From Deltaproteobacteria bacterium (GTDB lineage Bacteria; SAR324; NAC60-12), in contig JABGPG010000238.1 of assembly GCA_018645085.1 (NCBI GenBank), positions 11,699 to 56,455 of the forward strand: a DNA stretch of 44,757 nt. The letters run 5' to 3'. A model generated the notes under the pieces. It did no database searches. It had not been told where the DNA came from and worked only from the letters and a program-made list of their open reading frames with translations. Positions 8,548-17,394 of this stretch are shown here, piece after piece (within the stretch, counting starts at the first letter, position 1; every line of letters starts with the position of its first letter). The translations under genes were made by a program, and so were the position numbers.

Positions 8548-10400
8548 TGCGACATGACTCTATCCGCCATCTCGTTTTTCCAACATTTGGCTCAATCTTA
8601 CTGATTGTGGTTTTGATTTGCGGGGGCATACTTTATACAGCAAACGGCGATGCATCACGTGACAGTCTGATCACACAAATGCTGATAAATGCCATCATCG
8701 TGCTTGGTATTCAAATTTACATCGGAAACACAGGAGTTTTATCCTTTGGGCACATCGGTTTCGGAGCGATTGCCGGATATACATTTGCTATTTGTGCCAT
8801 TTCTCCTGCACGTAAAATGATGCAAATTCCTGATGCTCCGTTTGGACTGGCGAATGTTGACTTGACCCCTTTAGCGTCAGGAATAATCGCAGTTGGTCTA
8901 ACAGTAGCGTTGGCATTTTTTGTCGGCATGGCACTTTCACGTGCAGGTGTCCGTTCAGGTGCAGTATCAGCAGTTGTGATTACTTTGGCCCTACTGTTTG
9001 TCGTTCACGAAGTAGCTCGAAACTGGACAGATCTGACCCGTGGAGGGAAGATAGGCCTTTCTTTCAGCCCTTTTGGTAATGCAACTCTTGAAGGGAAAAA
9101 CTGGATTTACGTATTTTTGTTTTGTGCGGTTTTGCTGGCTAGACTATTCAAGGAAACGCGAATTGGCCGTTTTGCGCAGTGCGTGCGTGAAGACGATCTT
9201 GCTGCGCGGACGATGGGAATTGATCCAGCAATTCAGCAAATGTGGGCTTTAATTATTTCAGTAGCCCTAGTGTCGGTTGGATCGACCTTAAGAGTTTTTG
9301 AGTTAGGTAGCATCAATCCAAGGTTGTTCTTTTTTGATTATACATTATTGACGCTCACCATGCTAATAGTCGGAGGGCGTAACGGTATTACTGGTGCTTT
9401 GACCGGAGTAGTGATTATCACCATCGGTAGTGAACTGACTCGCAAATTGTCTGAATTGGATATTGTAGCATTGAGTTGGATTTTGCGTGAAGGTCTGACC
9501 GATTTATTTCTGGGCGGCGCTATGCTCGGATTTATGATTCTGCGGCCTGCCGGTATTTTAGGAGATTTTGAGTTTGATCATTGGCTGCACGAACGATTCC
9601 TCCATAGGCAAAAGAAAAAGACTTGGACATCGAAGGAAGAACAGATACGAAGCAAAGTTGTTAAAAAAAACCAAACCGTGTTGAATGTTGAAGGTGTCAG
9701 CGTTAATTTTGGCGGTTTTCGGGCACTGGGAAATGTAGAGTTGAAGGCTACCGGGGACGAAATCGTGGGACTGATTGGTCCCAACGGCGCGGGAAAAACG
9801 ACATTGCTGAATGTTATTACAGGACTTGTAGAACCAGATTCCGGGCGAGTCCAACTCGGTGAAAAGAATTTGACGGGAATGCAACCGCACGAAATTGCAA
9901 GATCTGGATTGGTACGCACCTTTCAAAATTTTCGGTTATTTTCAGACCTGAGTGTCCGTGAAAATATCGAGGTAGTCCACTTGATGGCCGGAAAGTACCG
10001 TTCTGCACAAACTCCGGATGTTGACACTTTGCTGTTTCAAGCGGGGCTTTGGGAGTTTCAAAGTTTAAGAGCTGCAGGTTTGGATTATGGAAATGCACGG
10101 CGGTTGGAATTGGCACGTGCTGTTGCCGCCGCACCGGATTTTCTTCTACTTGATGAGCCAACAAGCGGAATGGATGATAACGAATCAATGGCCATGATTG
10201 ACCAAGTACGGACAATGTCTTCAATGGTTGGTTCCGGAGTTGTTGTTATCGACCACGATTTGAATTTCATCACCGGAATTTGTGACCGGGTTTATGTGCT
10301 TGACCAGGGGTGTGTGATTGCCTCCGGAACACCTGCGGAAATTTCAGCCGATCCTGCAGTAAAAGTGGCGTATTTGGGTACAACTGCCGAAGCTGCCTGA
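8547..10400 (+). CDS. Fused ABC permease (LivM-like) and ATPase (LivG-like)
   Basis: N-terminal membrane domain with GVLSFGH. C-terminal GPNGAGKT, RTFQN, LLLDEP and IDHD. Confidence 0.9.
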   Translation: MRHDSIRHLVFPTFGSILLIVVLICGGILYTANGDASRDSLITQMLINAIIVLGIQIYIGNTGVLSFGHIGFGAIAGYTFAICAISPARKMMQIPDAPFGLANVDLTPLASGIIAVGLTVALAFFVGMALSRAGVRSGAVSAVVITLALLFVVHEVARNWTDLTRGGKIGLSFSPFGNATLEGKNWIYVFLFCAVLLARLFKETRIGRFAQCVREDDLAARTMGIDPAIQQMWALIISVALVSVGSTLRVFELGSINPRLFFFDYTLLTLTMLIVGGRNGITGALTGVVIITIGSELTRKLSELDIVALSWILREGLTDLFLGGAMLGFMILRPAGILGDFEFDHWLHERFLHRQKKKTWTSKEEQIRSKVVKKNQTVLNVEGVSVNFGGFRALGNVELKATGDEIVGLIGPNGAGKTTLLNVITGLVEPDSGRVQLGEKNLTGMQPHEIARSGLVRTFQNFRLFSDLSVRENIEVVHLMAGKYRSAQTPDVDTLLFQAGLWEFQSLRAAGLDYGNARRLELARAVAAAPDFLLLDEPTSGMDDNESMAMIDQVRTMSSMVGSGVVVIDHDLNFITGICDRVYVLDQGCVIASGTPAEISADPAVKVAYLGTTAEAA

Positions 10401-10694
10401 AAAATAAAATTGTTTTGTGGGAGAAGTATGTTAAGTAAATAGAATTATTAGAAACTAATGAATTCCTTCAAATACTCAAATTATTTATCTGTGGCAGTCA
10501 GTAATCTCCTTGTTTTTTAAAGTTATTACATTGCTGATGAACCGCTAAAAAGACCAAGACGAACCATTGCTTACAAAGCAAGAAATATATTTAAATTTAC
10601 TGCATTAATATCAATATTTCTCCCTATTGTCGAAATGACAATATAAGGATTTCAAAGTTTATAAGAAGGCATCATTTCTATACAAAAAATCAAA

Positions 10695-10973
10695 ATGACA
10701 GCGACACGATACAAAAAAATCGAACGGGGCAAGCCCATCAGCATTATGGTCAACGGTGAAGCGATCGAAGCTTTTCACGGCGAAAGCATTGCTGCCGCAA
10801 TGCTGGCTTCAGGAAGAAGAGCTTTTCGTCATACGGTCAAAGGAAAACAAGCCCGTGGTTTCTTTTGTGGAATGGGTATGTGTTTTGACTGCATTGCCAC
10901 GGTTGACGGAGTTCCACATGTGCGGACATGTATGACTGAGGTTTCTCCTGATTGTGTTGTGGAACTGGAATAA
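10695..10973 (+). CDS. [2Fe-2S] subunit of HcnA / sarcosine-oxidase-alpha N-terminal type
   Basis: GESIAAAM and CGMGMCFDC...RTC motifs. Confidence 0.85.
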   Translation: MTATRYKKIERGKPISIMVNGEAIEAFHGESIAAAMLASGRRAFRHTVKGKQARGFFCGMGMCFDCIATVDGVPHVRTCMTEVSPDCVVELE

Positions 10974-11106
10974 AATTCTTTAGTGTTATGGGATTCGACG
11001 GCACACGATTCTGTTAACCAAAGAGTTGATTAGATTCCAAAGTATAATTAGCTAAACTTATGAATTTCTTGAAAATTTAATTTTATTAAACATATAAATA
11101 TTAAAG

Positions 11107-12561
11107 ATGTTTGAAAAACCTGAACAAACGGATATAGCCATTATCGGGGCGGGGCCTGCCGGAGTTGCTGCTGCTGTTACAGCGGCACATGCAGGTGCGC
11201 AGGTTACGCTTCTGGATGAATCTCCTCGTGCAGGTGGTCAGTATTATAAACAACCGGCCTTGGACGCAAAAGACAAACAGTTCCCCCCGACGGTTGCTGA
11301 AAATATTCGCAAGGGTCGGGAATTGTTGAGCGATTTGCAACATTCAAATATCAATTTTCAGCACAGTACTTTGGTTTGGAATGTACTGCCGGAAGAGCGA
11401 ATTCTCAATTTGTATGGTCCACAAGGCGCACAAAACTTACAGGCAAAGCGCATCATAATTGCCGCAGGTGCCTACGAACGTGTAACTCCTTTTACAGGCT
11501 GGACAAAACCCGGAGTGACTACAGTTGGCGGTGCGCAGCTTTTATTGAAGTCGCAGGGATTGAAAATCGGACAACGTTTGCTTTTAGCCGGAACCGGACC
11601 TTTGCTTCAACTTGCGGCGGTGCAGTTTATGGAAGCAGGAATGGAAGTTGCGGCAATTCTGGAATTGCAGTCACGCAAGGAATTTTTGTTAAAAGCTCCT
11701 AAATTATGGGGACATTGGGACAAACTCGGGCAAGGAATGGCGAATCAGAAACGTTTGCTCGAAGCAGGGATTCCGTTTAAATTCGGCTACACCGTCGCAG
11801 AAGCTACAGGTGATGAAGAGGTAAACGGAGCGGTGATTATGAAAGTAAATGGGAAGGGAATTCCGGTTTTGGGAAGTGAAGAAACAATTGAAGTTGATAC
11901 TATTTGTTTGAATTACGGTTTTGCACCGGCGGTTGAATTAGCTCGTGTAGCAGGGTGCACAATGGTTTTTGATAAATATTTTGGTAGTTTTGCAATTGAA
12001 ACAAATGAGAACCTGGAAACCAGTGTCAATGCTTTTTTCGTAGCTGGAGAAACTCGGGGTATCGGCGGAGTGGAAGTTGCGTTGCTCGAAGGAAAATTGG
12101 CGGGAGCTATCGCCGGTAGTCAATTGGGATTCACTCCGAAAGTTGATGAAAGCAATTTACGAAAAGAACAACAACAGGCAAGGAAAGCGGTCGCTGCACT
12201 TGGTACTATGTTTCCGCTCAAATCCGGATTATGTAAATTGGTAAAGGACGAAGTTCCTGTTTGCCGATGTGAAGAAGTGACTGCTGGAGAAGTACGCAGA
12301 GCAATTGAAATGGGAGTAACTCAACTAAATCAATTAAAACCCTGGACCCGTGTCGGAATGGGACGTTGTCAAGGCAGGATTTGCGGAGGAATTCTGAATC
12401 AAATGTTGGCAGATGAAACTGGTGTGTCAATAAGTGAAATCCAGCCTTTCACGTCGAGAGCACCTATCAAGCCTGTGCCTATGGAATCAGTCGGTGGAGG
12501 GGATGATTCCGGCGAATTCACCTGGGAAGATCATGTAGGTTACGGAGCAGCGAGGACATGA
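11107..12561 (+). CDS. FAD/NAD(P)-binding oxidoreductase with C-terminal BFD-like [2Fe-2S] domain (HcnB/OoxA-like)
   Basis: IIGAGPAG, GGQYY, GAYER, AGE and CRCEEVT...GMGRCQGRIC. No aminomethyltransferase (THF) domain. Confidence 0.85.
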   Translation: MFEKPEQTDIAIIGAGPAGVAAAVTAAHAGAQVTLLDESPRAGGQYYKQPALDAKDKQFPPTVAENIRKGRELLSDLQHSNINFQHSTLVWNVLPEERILNLYGPQGAQNLQAKRIIIAAGAYERVTPFTGWTKPGVTTVGGAQLLLKSQGLKIGQRLLLAGTGPLLQLAAVQFMEAGMEVAAILELQSRKEFLLKAPKLWGHWDKLGQGMANQKRLLEAGIPFKFGYTVAEATGDEEVNGAVIMKVNGKGIPVLGSEETIEVDTICLNYGFAPAVELARVAGCTMVFDKYFGSFAIETNENLETSVNAFFVAGETRGIGGVEVALLEGKLAGAIAGSQLGFTPKVDESNLRKEQQQARKAVAALGTMFPLKSGLCKLVKDEVPVCRCEEVTAGEVRRAIEMGVTQLNQLKPWTRVGMGRCQGRICGGILNQMLADETGVSISEIQPFTSRAPIKPVPMESVGGGDDSGEFTWEDHVGYGAART

Positions 12562-14282
12562 TAATGAAGAAACTTAAAGCAGATGTTATCATTATCGGTG
12601 GAGGAATTGTCGGCTGCACTACTGCATACAATTTGTCGCAACGCGGTGCTGATGTTTTACTGATAGAAAAAAATGGTATCGGTAGTGGTGCTACGGGGCG
12701 GTCCGGTGGAGGAATTCGTCAATCGGCCAGGGTTTCCAACGAAATTCCTTTGGCCATGGAAAGCGTGGCGTTATTTCCGGGATTGTCAGCTGAACTTGGG
12801 ATTGACATTGAATACACTCAGTCCGGTAATTTCAGGCTGGTCGAAATGCCCGACCATCTGCGTCCAATGCAAGTTGATGTCGCCCGGCAGCAATCGCACG
12901 GCTTGGATGTGCGTTGGCTTGGTGTAACGGATGTCCTGGAACTTGCTCCGGGACTGCGCTGGCAAAATATCATGGGGGCAAGCTATTGTCCTGATGATGG
13001 ACATTGTGATCCATTCCGCATGGTTTCAGGCTTTTTTCGTAAAGCAAAAGAATTCGGCACAAAGGTTTTACTAAACAGCGAGGTACAAAGCATTGAGCAA
13101 ACGGATGACGGAAAAGCCGTTGTCAAAACCAGCACACATTCCGTTCAAGCAGAAAAAGTGATTATTGCGGCAGGCTTTGGTTCGCAGGAATTATGTCAAA
13201 AAATAGGTTTGGATTTGCCTCTGCAAAATGTGCGTTACGAATCCATGGTTACAGAACCGCTGCCTCCGATTTTATCACAAATGTTCGGGGTGGCCAGCAG
13301 TGATTTGTTTTTCCGGCAGACGCAGAACGGTGGAATTCATTTTGGGGGGGGGCTGCTCGAGGAAGAAGATGAGGAAGACACCAAGACTACCCGAGATAAT
13401 TTAAACATGGCTGTGGCGCATATTTCCCGACTAGTCAAGGACTTGGGAAAAACCAACTTGCTGCGGACATGGGGAGGACTTGATCCGAGTACTCCTGATG
13501 GTATGCCGATCCTCGATTATCTCAATGAAAACGTCTTGCTGGCCACAGGTTTTTGCGGACACGGCTTGGCGCTGGGACCCATTGTCGGAAGATATTTAGC
13601 GGAATGGATATCCAGCGGCCAACTTCCGGAAGCACTGGAACCATTCAAGCGGAACCGTTTTGACGGTTGGCTCCAAACTAAATGGACCCCCTCTGGTGCA
13701 TTTGCGGCAGTTTTAGCAACCGAAGACACTCAGACTTCCGGAAGAGGAACTGTTGGATCCGGGATCCCGTTTATGACACCGCCGGAATATGATGATTCGG
13801 AAGATGAAGGTTTGCATAAATTATTGTCGGTGAATCCGGAAATGTGTACCGGCTGCCGGATGTGCGAAAGTGCGTGTTCCATTGAACACGAAAAAATGGT
13901 TCGCCAAACTGGTTTACGGATTCAGGTGGCTTATCCGAGTGATGACTTTTTTCTGCCGATTATGTGCATTCATTGCGAAGAAATGCACTGCATGGAGGCT
14001 TGCGTATACGATGCTTTGGAAATCAACGATTATGGAATTGTTTCAGTTGTTGATGAAAATTGTATAGGCTGCATGCTCTGTATTCCGGCCTGTCCCACTG
14101 GAGGAATAACGTATGTAGACAGCAAAGAAACAGTTGTCAAATGCAATCTATGTGGTGGGAATCCGGCTTGTGCCAAATATTGTCCCACACAAGCAATTAC
14201 CTTCCGTCCGATTGATGATGAAATCCGTGAAAAAATGGAGACTGTGATGAGCAAACATCTTGATTCACGAATAGAAAAGTAA
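12558..14282 (+). CDS. DAO-family FAD amine dehydrogenase (HcnC/OoxB/SoxB-like) fused to a 4x[4Fe-4S] ferredoxin
   Basis: IIGGGIVG, GATGRSGGGIR, TPDGMP, GFCGHGLALGP. From about 13818 there are four Cys clusters: CTGCRMCESAC, CIHCEEMHCMEAC, CIGCMLCIPAC, CNLCGGNPACAKYC. Confidence 0.85.
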   Translation: MIMKKLKADVIIIGGGIVGCTTAYNLSQRGADVLLIEKNGIGSGATGRSGGGIRQSARVSNEIPLAMESVALFPGLSAELGIDIEYTQSGNFRLVEMPDHLRPMQVDVARQQSHGLDVRWLGVTDVLELAPGLRWQNIMGASYCPDDGHCDPFRMVSGFFRKAKEFGTKVLLNSEVQSIEQTDDGKAVVKTSTHSVQAEKVIIAAGFGSQELCQKIGLDLPLQNVRYESMVTEPLPPILSQMFGVASSDLFFRQTQNGGIHFGGGLLEEEDEEDTKTTRDNLNMAVAHISRLVKDLGKTNLLRTWGGLDPSTPDGMPILDYLNENVLLATGFCGHGLALGPIVGRYLAEWISSGQLPEALEPFKRNRFDGWLQTKWTPSGAFAAVLATEDTQTSGRGTVGSGIPFMTPPEYDDSEDEGLHKLLSVNPEMCTGCRMCESACSIEHEKMVRQTGLRIQVAYPSDDFFLPIMCIHCEEMHCMEACVYDALEINDYGIVSVVDENCIGCMLCIPACPTGGITYVDSKETVVKCNLCGGNPACAKYCPTQAITFRPIDDEIREKMETVMSKHLDSRIEK

Positions 14283-14293
14283 CAGGGAAAATT

Positions 14294-16129
14294 ATGTACT
14301 ACGGATACACCGGAACCATCTTGCGGGTTAATTTGACGCATGGCGAAGTTACAAAAGAAGCACTCGATCTCAAAATGGCAGAAGAATTTGTCGGTGGACG
14401 CGGCTTAGCTTCCAGATTGCTCTGCGCAGAGATTGATCCTGAGATTGAAGCTATGAGTCCGGAAAATCCGCTGATCTTCGGAACAGGACCTTTGACTGGA
14501 ACGGGAGCACCGGCGACTGCGCGTTATGTCGTAGTTTGTAAAGCACCGTTGACTGGAACCATCGCTTGCTCCAATTCCGGAGGCTTTTTTGGACCAGAAA
14601 TAAAATTTGCCGGTTATGACGCACTGATTATTGAAGGCGAGTCTCCTGAACCAGTTTATCTGTGGATCCAGGATGATCGAGTTGAAATACGTTCTGCTTC
14701 ATTATTATGGGGAAAAACTCCCGTTGAGACAGAAAGCACTCTACAGAAGCTGACTCATCCGGCTTCGAAAATCGCCTGCATCGGTCCCGGTGGAGAAAAG
14801 CTGTCTTTGATGGCCGGAATCGTCAATGACAATTATCGTCTCGCAGCGCGAAGTGGAGTTGGTGCTTTGATGGGTAAAAAGAAGCTGAAAGCAATTGCTA
14901 TACGCGGAACCGGAGGAGTGAATCTCGCTGACCCCGAACAGTTTTGGAAAGCATCAATGGACATGCATGCTAAAATTACTGGAGATCCTGTTTCATTTGG
15001 AAGTTTCCGGGCTTACGGTACTGCCAGCCTTGTTAATTTGATCAACGAAATGGGGGCTTATCCCACCCGTAATTTTCAATCAGACACATTTGAAGATGCG
15101 GTAAAAACGGGAGGAGAAGCGATTACAGAAGATATTTTAGAACGTAACCGTGCCTGTTTCGCCTGCCCGATTTCCTGCACCCGGGTGACAGAAGTTAAAG
15201 AGGGACCGTACAAAGGCCGCGGTGAAGGGCCTGAATACGAATCTACCTGGTCTTTAGGCGCTCTCTGCGGGGTTTCGAATCTAGAGGCCGTGGCAAAAGC
15301 AAATTATCTTTGCGGAGATTACGGCATCGACACTATTTCCACCGGAGCGACTATTGCTTGTGCGATGGAGCTTTTTGAAACCGGTGCTTTGTCAGAAAAA
15401 GAAATTGGTTTCCCTCTGCGTTTTGGCGATGAGGCAGCAATGGTGCGAGCAGTTGAAATGACAGGCAAGCGCGAAGGGTTTGGTGATATTTTAGCGGACG
15501 GAAGTTATCGATTGGCTGAACGTTACGGACATCCTGAATTTTTCATGGGCGTAAAAAAACTGGAAATGTCCGCTTACAGCCCCAGAGTTTTTCAGGGTAT
15601 GGCGCTTCAATACGCCACCTCCAACCGTGGAGCGTGTCATGTGCGTGGCAATACTGTAGCTGCTGAACTGTATGGAATTCCACGTTATATGCCTCCGGAA
15701 GTTTTGGAGCAAAAAGAAGAAATGGTGCGGCGTCCATTCCAAAACTCCACTGCTTTTGTGGATTCCACCGGAATTTGTCTTTTTACAAAATTTGCAATAA
15801 CGCACCGTGAAATTTGTGCCTTGCTGGCTCCGGCTACCGGTATTGATTTTAACTTCGACCGCTCGATTGTTCAGGGCGACCGCATCTGGAATTTAGAACG
15901 CATGTTTAACCTTCGCGCCGGATTCACCGCTGCGGATGACAAACTACCCGCCCGCGTGAGTGAACCTTCTCCTGACGGACCGCGTGCCGGCAGCCGCGCA
16001 ATTCTGCAAAACCACATTCAAACCTACTATCAATTACGTGGTTGGGATGAAGAAGGCCGCCCCACTCGTTCAAAGTTGAAAGAGCTAAATTTAGAAGACT
16101 TCTGGAACGTCTGCAGCGAACATGATTAA
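14294..16129 (+). CDS. aor: Tungsten-type aldehyde:ferredoxin oxidoreductase (AOR family)
   Basis: GYTGTILRVNLT start, GGRG, SNSGG, GRSG-like AARSGVGA, CFACPISC, GPEYE, DYGIDTIS, RGACH, DSTGIC, YYQLRGWD. Length 611 aa. Confidence 0.92.
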   Translation: MYYGYTGTILRVNLTHGEVTKEALDLKMAEEFVGGRGLASRLLCAEIDPEIEAMSPENPLIFGTGPLTGTGAPATARYVVVCKAPLTGTIACSNSGGFFGPEIKFAGYDALIIEGESPEPVYLWIQDDRVEIRSASLLWGKTPVETESTLQKLTHPASKIACIGPGGEKLSLMAGIVNDNYRLAARSGVGALMGKKKLKAIAIRGTGGVNLADPEQFWKASMDMHAKITGDPVSFGSFRAYGTASLVNLINEMGAYPTRNFQSDTFEDAVKTGGEAITEDILERNRACFACPISCTRVTEVKEGPYKGRGEGPEYESTWSLGALCGVSNLEAVAKANYLCGDYGIDTISTGATIACAMELFETGALSEKEIGFPLRFGDEAAMVRAVEMTGKREGFGDILADGSYRLAERYGHPEFFMGVKKLEMSAYSPRVFQGMALQYATSNRGACHVRGNTVAAELYGIPRYMPPEVLEQKEEMVRRPFQNSTAFVDSTGICLFTKFAITHREICALLAPATGIDFNFDRSIVQGDRIWNLERMFNLRAGFTAADDKLPARVSEPSPDGPRAGSRAILQNHIQTYYQLRGWDEEGRPTRSKLKELNLEDFWNVCSEHD

Positions 16130-16367
16130 TGTTACTGTAAAACTCAGCGCCGATTTGCGTCGTTATCGTCCAGCTCTAAGAATTGATGAATCCCTGCCAC
16201 TTTCAGTCCCGGAAGAGACGACTTTGCTGGAACTCCTCTCAGAAATACTACAAATTCCAGCCCATGCGATCGCCATTCCAATTGTCAACGGAGTTAAGTG
16301 TAAACTCAATCAAAAACTGGTAGAAGGTGACCGGGTAGCCTTCTGGCCGCCGATGGCGGGGGGCTAG
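16122..16367 (+). CDS. MoaD/ThiS family sulfur-carrier protein
   Basis: 81 aa ending in MAGG, with VNG and GDRV. Overlaps the AOR stop, as is typical in AOR operons. Confidence 0.85.
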   Translation: MINVTVKLSADLRRYRPALRIDESLPLSVPEETTLLELLSEILQIPAHAIAIPIVNGVKCKLNQKLVEGDRVAFWPPMAGG

Positions 16368-16645
16368 TTTTATGTCTAATTTCTTTTCTTTGCAAGATTG
16401 ATCAGAAGTAGAAACATAAAATTGTTTGTCTACAGCTATTATACAGCTGGCAAACTAAGACATTATAAACTCGATTTGTTAAGCTGAGTGTTTTAAACTT
16501 ACGAGCAGAATTTAATAGTGATTCATCTGCAAATGAAGGCAGGCTGGAGTCAGCAAAAAAATTAGTAGTGTTTTTTCAGTAATTCATTTTATTCTTTACT
16601 GAAAAAAAACTCTAAAATTAGTTAATTTTCACTGAAAGAATATAA

Positions 16646-17206
16646 GTGTACGAGACATCAGATATTAGAAAAGGGCTGCGCTTTGAGATGGATGGAGATC
16701 CATTTGTTGTAGTGGATTTTCAGTTTGTTAAACCGGGAAAAGGAACAGCGTTTACACGGACTAAAATCCGTAACATGATAAGCGGCGCAGTACTTGACCG
16801 TACATACAAGTCAGGTGAAAAACTCAAACCTGCTGATACAGAAGACCGGCAAATGCAGTTTTTGTATAATGACGGTGAATTCCATTTTATGGATAATAAC
16901 AACTATGAACAGGTGAGTCTGGAAAGCAGTGCTGTCGGTGACGCGGTGAATTATCTGACTGAAAATATGCTGATTGAAGTTGGTTTTTTCAAGGGCCGTT
17001 CAATCGGATTAAGCCTGCCGAATTTTGTTGTTCTGGAAGTTACAGAAACTGCTCCCGGAGAAAAAGGGAACACAGTCACTGGAGCTTCTAAACCGGCCGT
17101 AGTGTCAACTGGTTACAGTGTCAATGTGCCTTTATTCGTCAATGAAGGAGATCAACTTCGGATTGATACACGAACCGGTGAATATGTGGAGCGAGTCAAG
17201 GGCTAG
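16646..17206 (+). CDS. efp: Elongation factor P
   Basis: KPGKG loop (Lys34 type), VNVPLFV and DTRTGEYVER. GTG start. Confidence 0.97.
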   Translation: MYETSDIRKGLRFEMDGDPFVVVDFQFVKPGKGTAFTRTKIRNMISGAVLDRTYKSGEKLKPADTEDRQMQFLYNDGEFHFMDNNNYEQVSLESSAVGDAVNYLTENMLIEVGFFKGRSIGLSLPNFVVLEVTETAPGEKGNTVTGASKPAVVSTGYSVNVPLFVNEGDQLRIDTRTGEYVERVKG

Positions 17207-17394
17207 TAGATCGTCCAGTTTGTCCTGTGAGGATGTGGCGTTCCCGGAGCGTAGTTATTCCGCCTATTCGAAAGAAAGTTGAAGTGAAATTTCCGGTCTG
17301 TTATCTGTTTCTGCTCAGTTCACTTCCATAAAAAGTTCATTATAATCCTCCTTTTTACCAGCCTTAATCAAAGTTGGAAATTTCATTAAACCTC

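Noticed and set aside
10695-14282. Calling the trio hydrogen cyanide synthase HcnABC or sarcosine oxidase
   Set aside because: The architecture is shared by many amine and imino-acid dehydrogenases. There is no THF domain or gamma/delta subunit, and the context points to amine catabolism. Substrate cannot be read from sequence.
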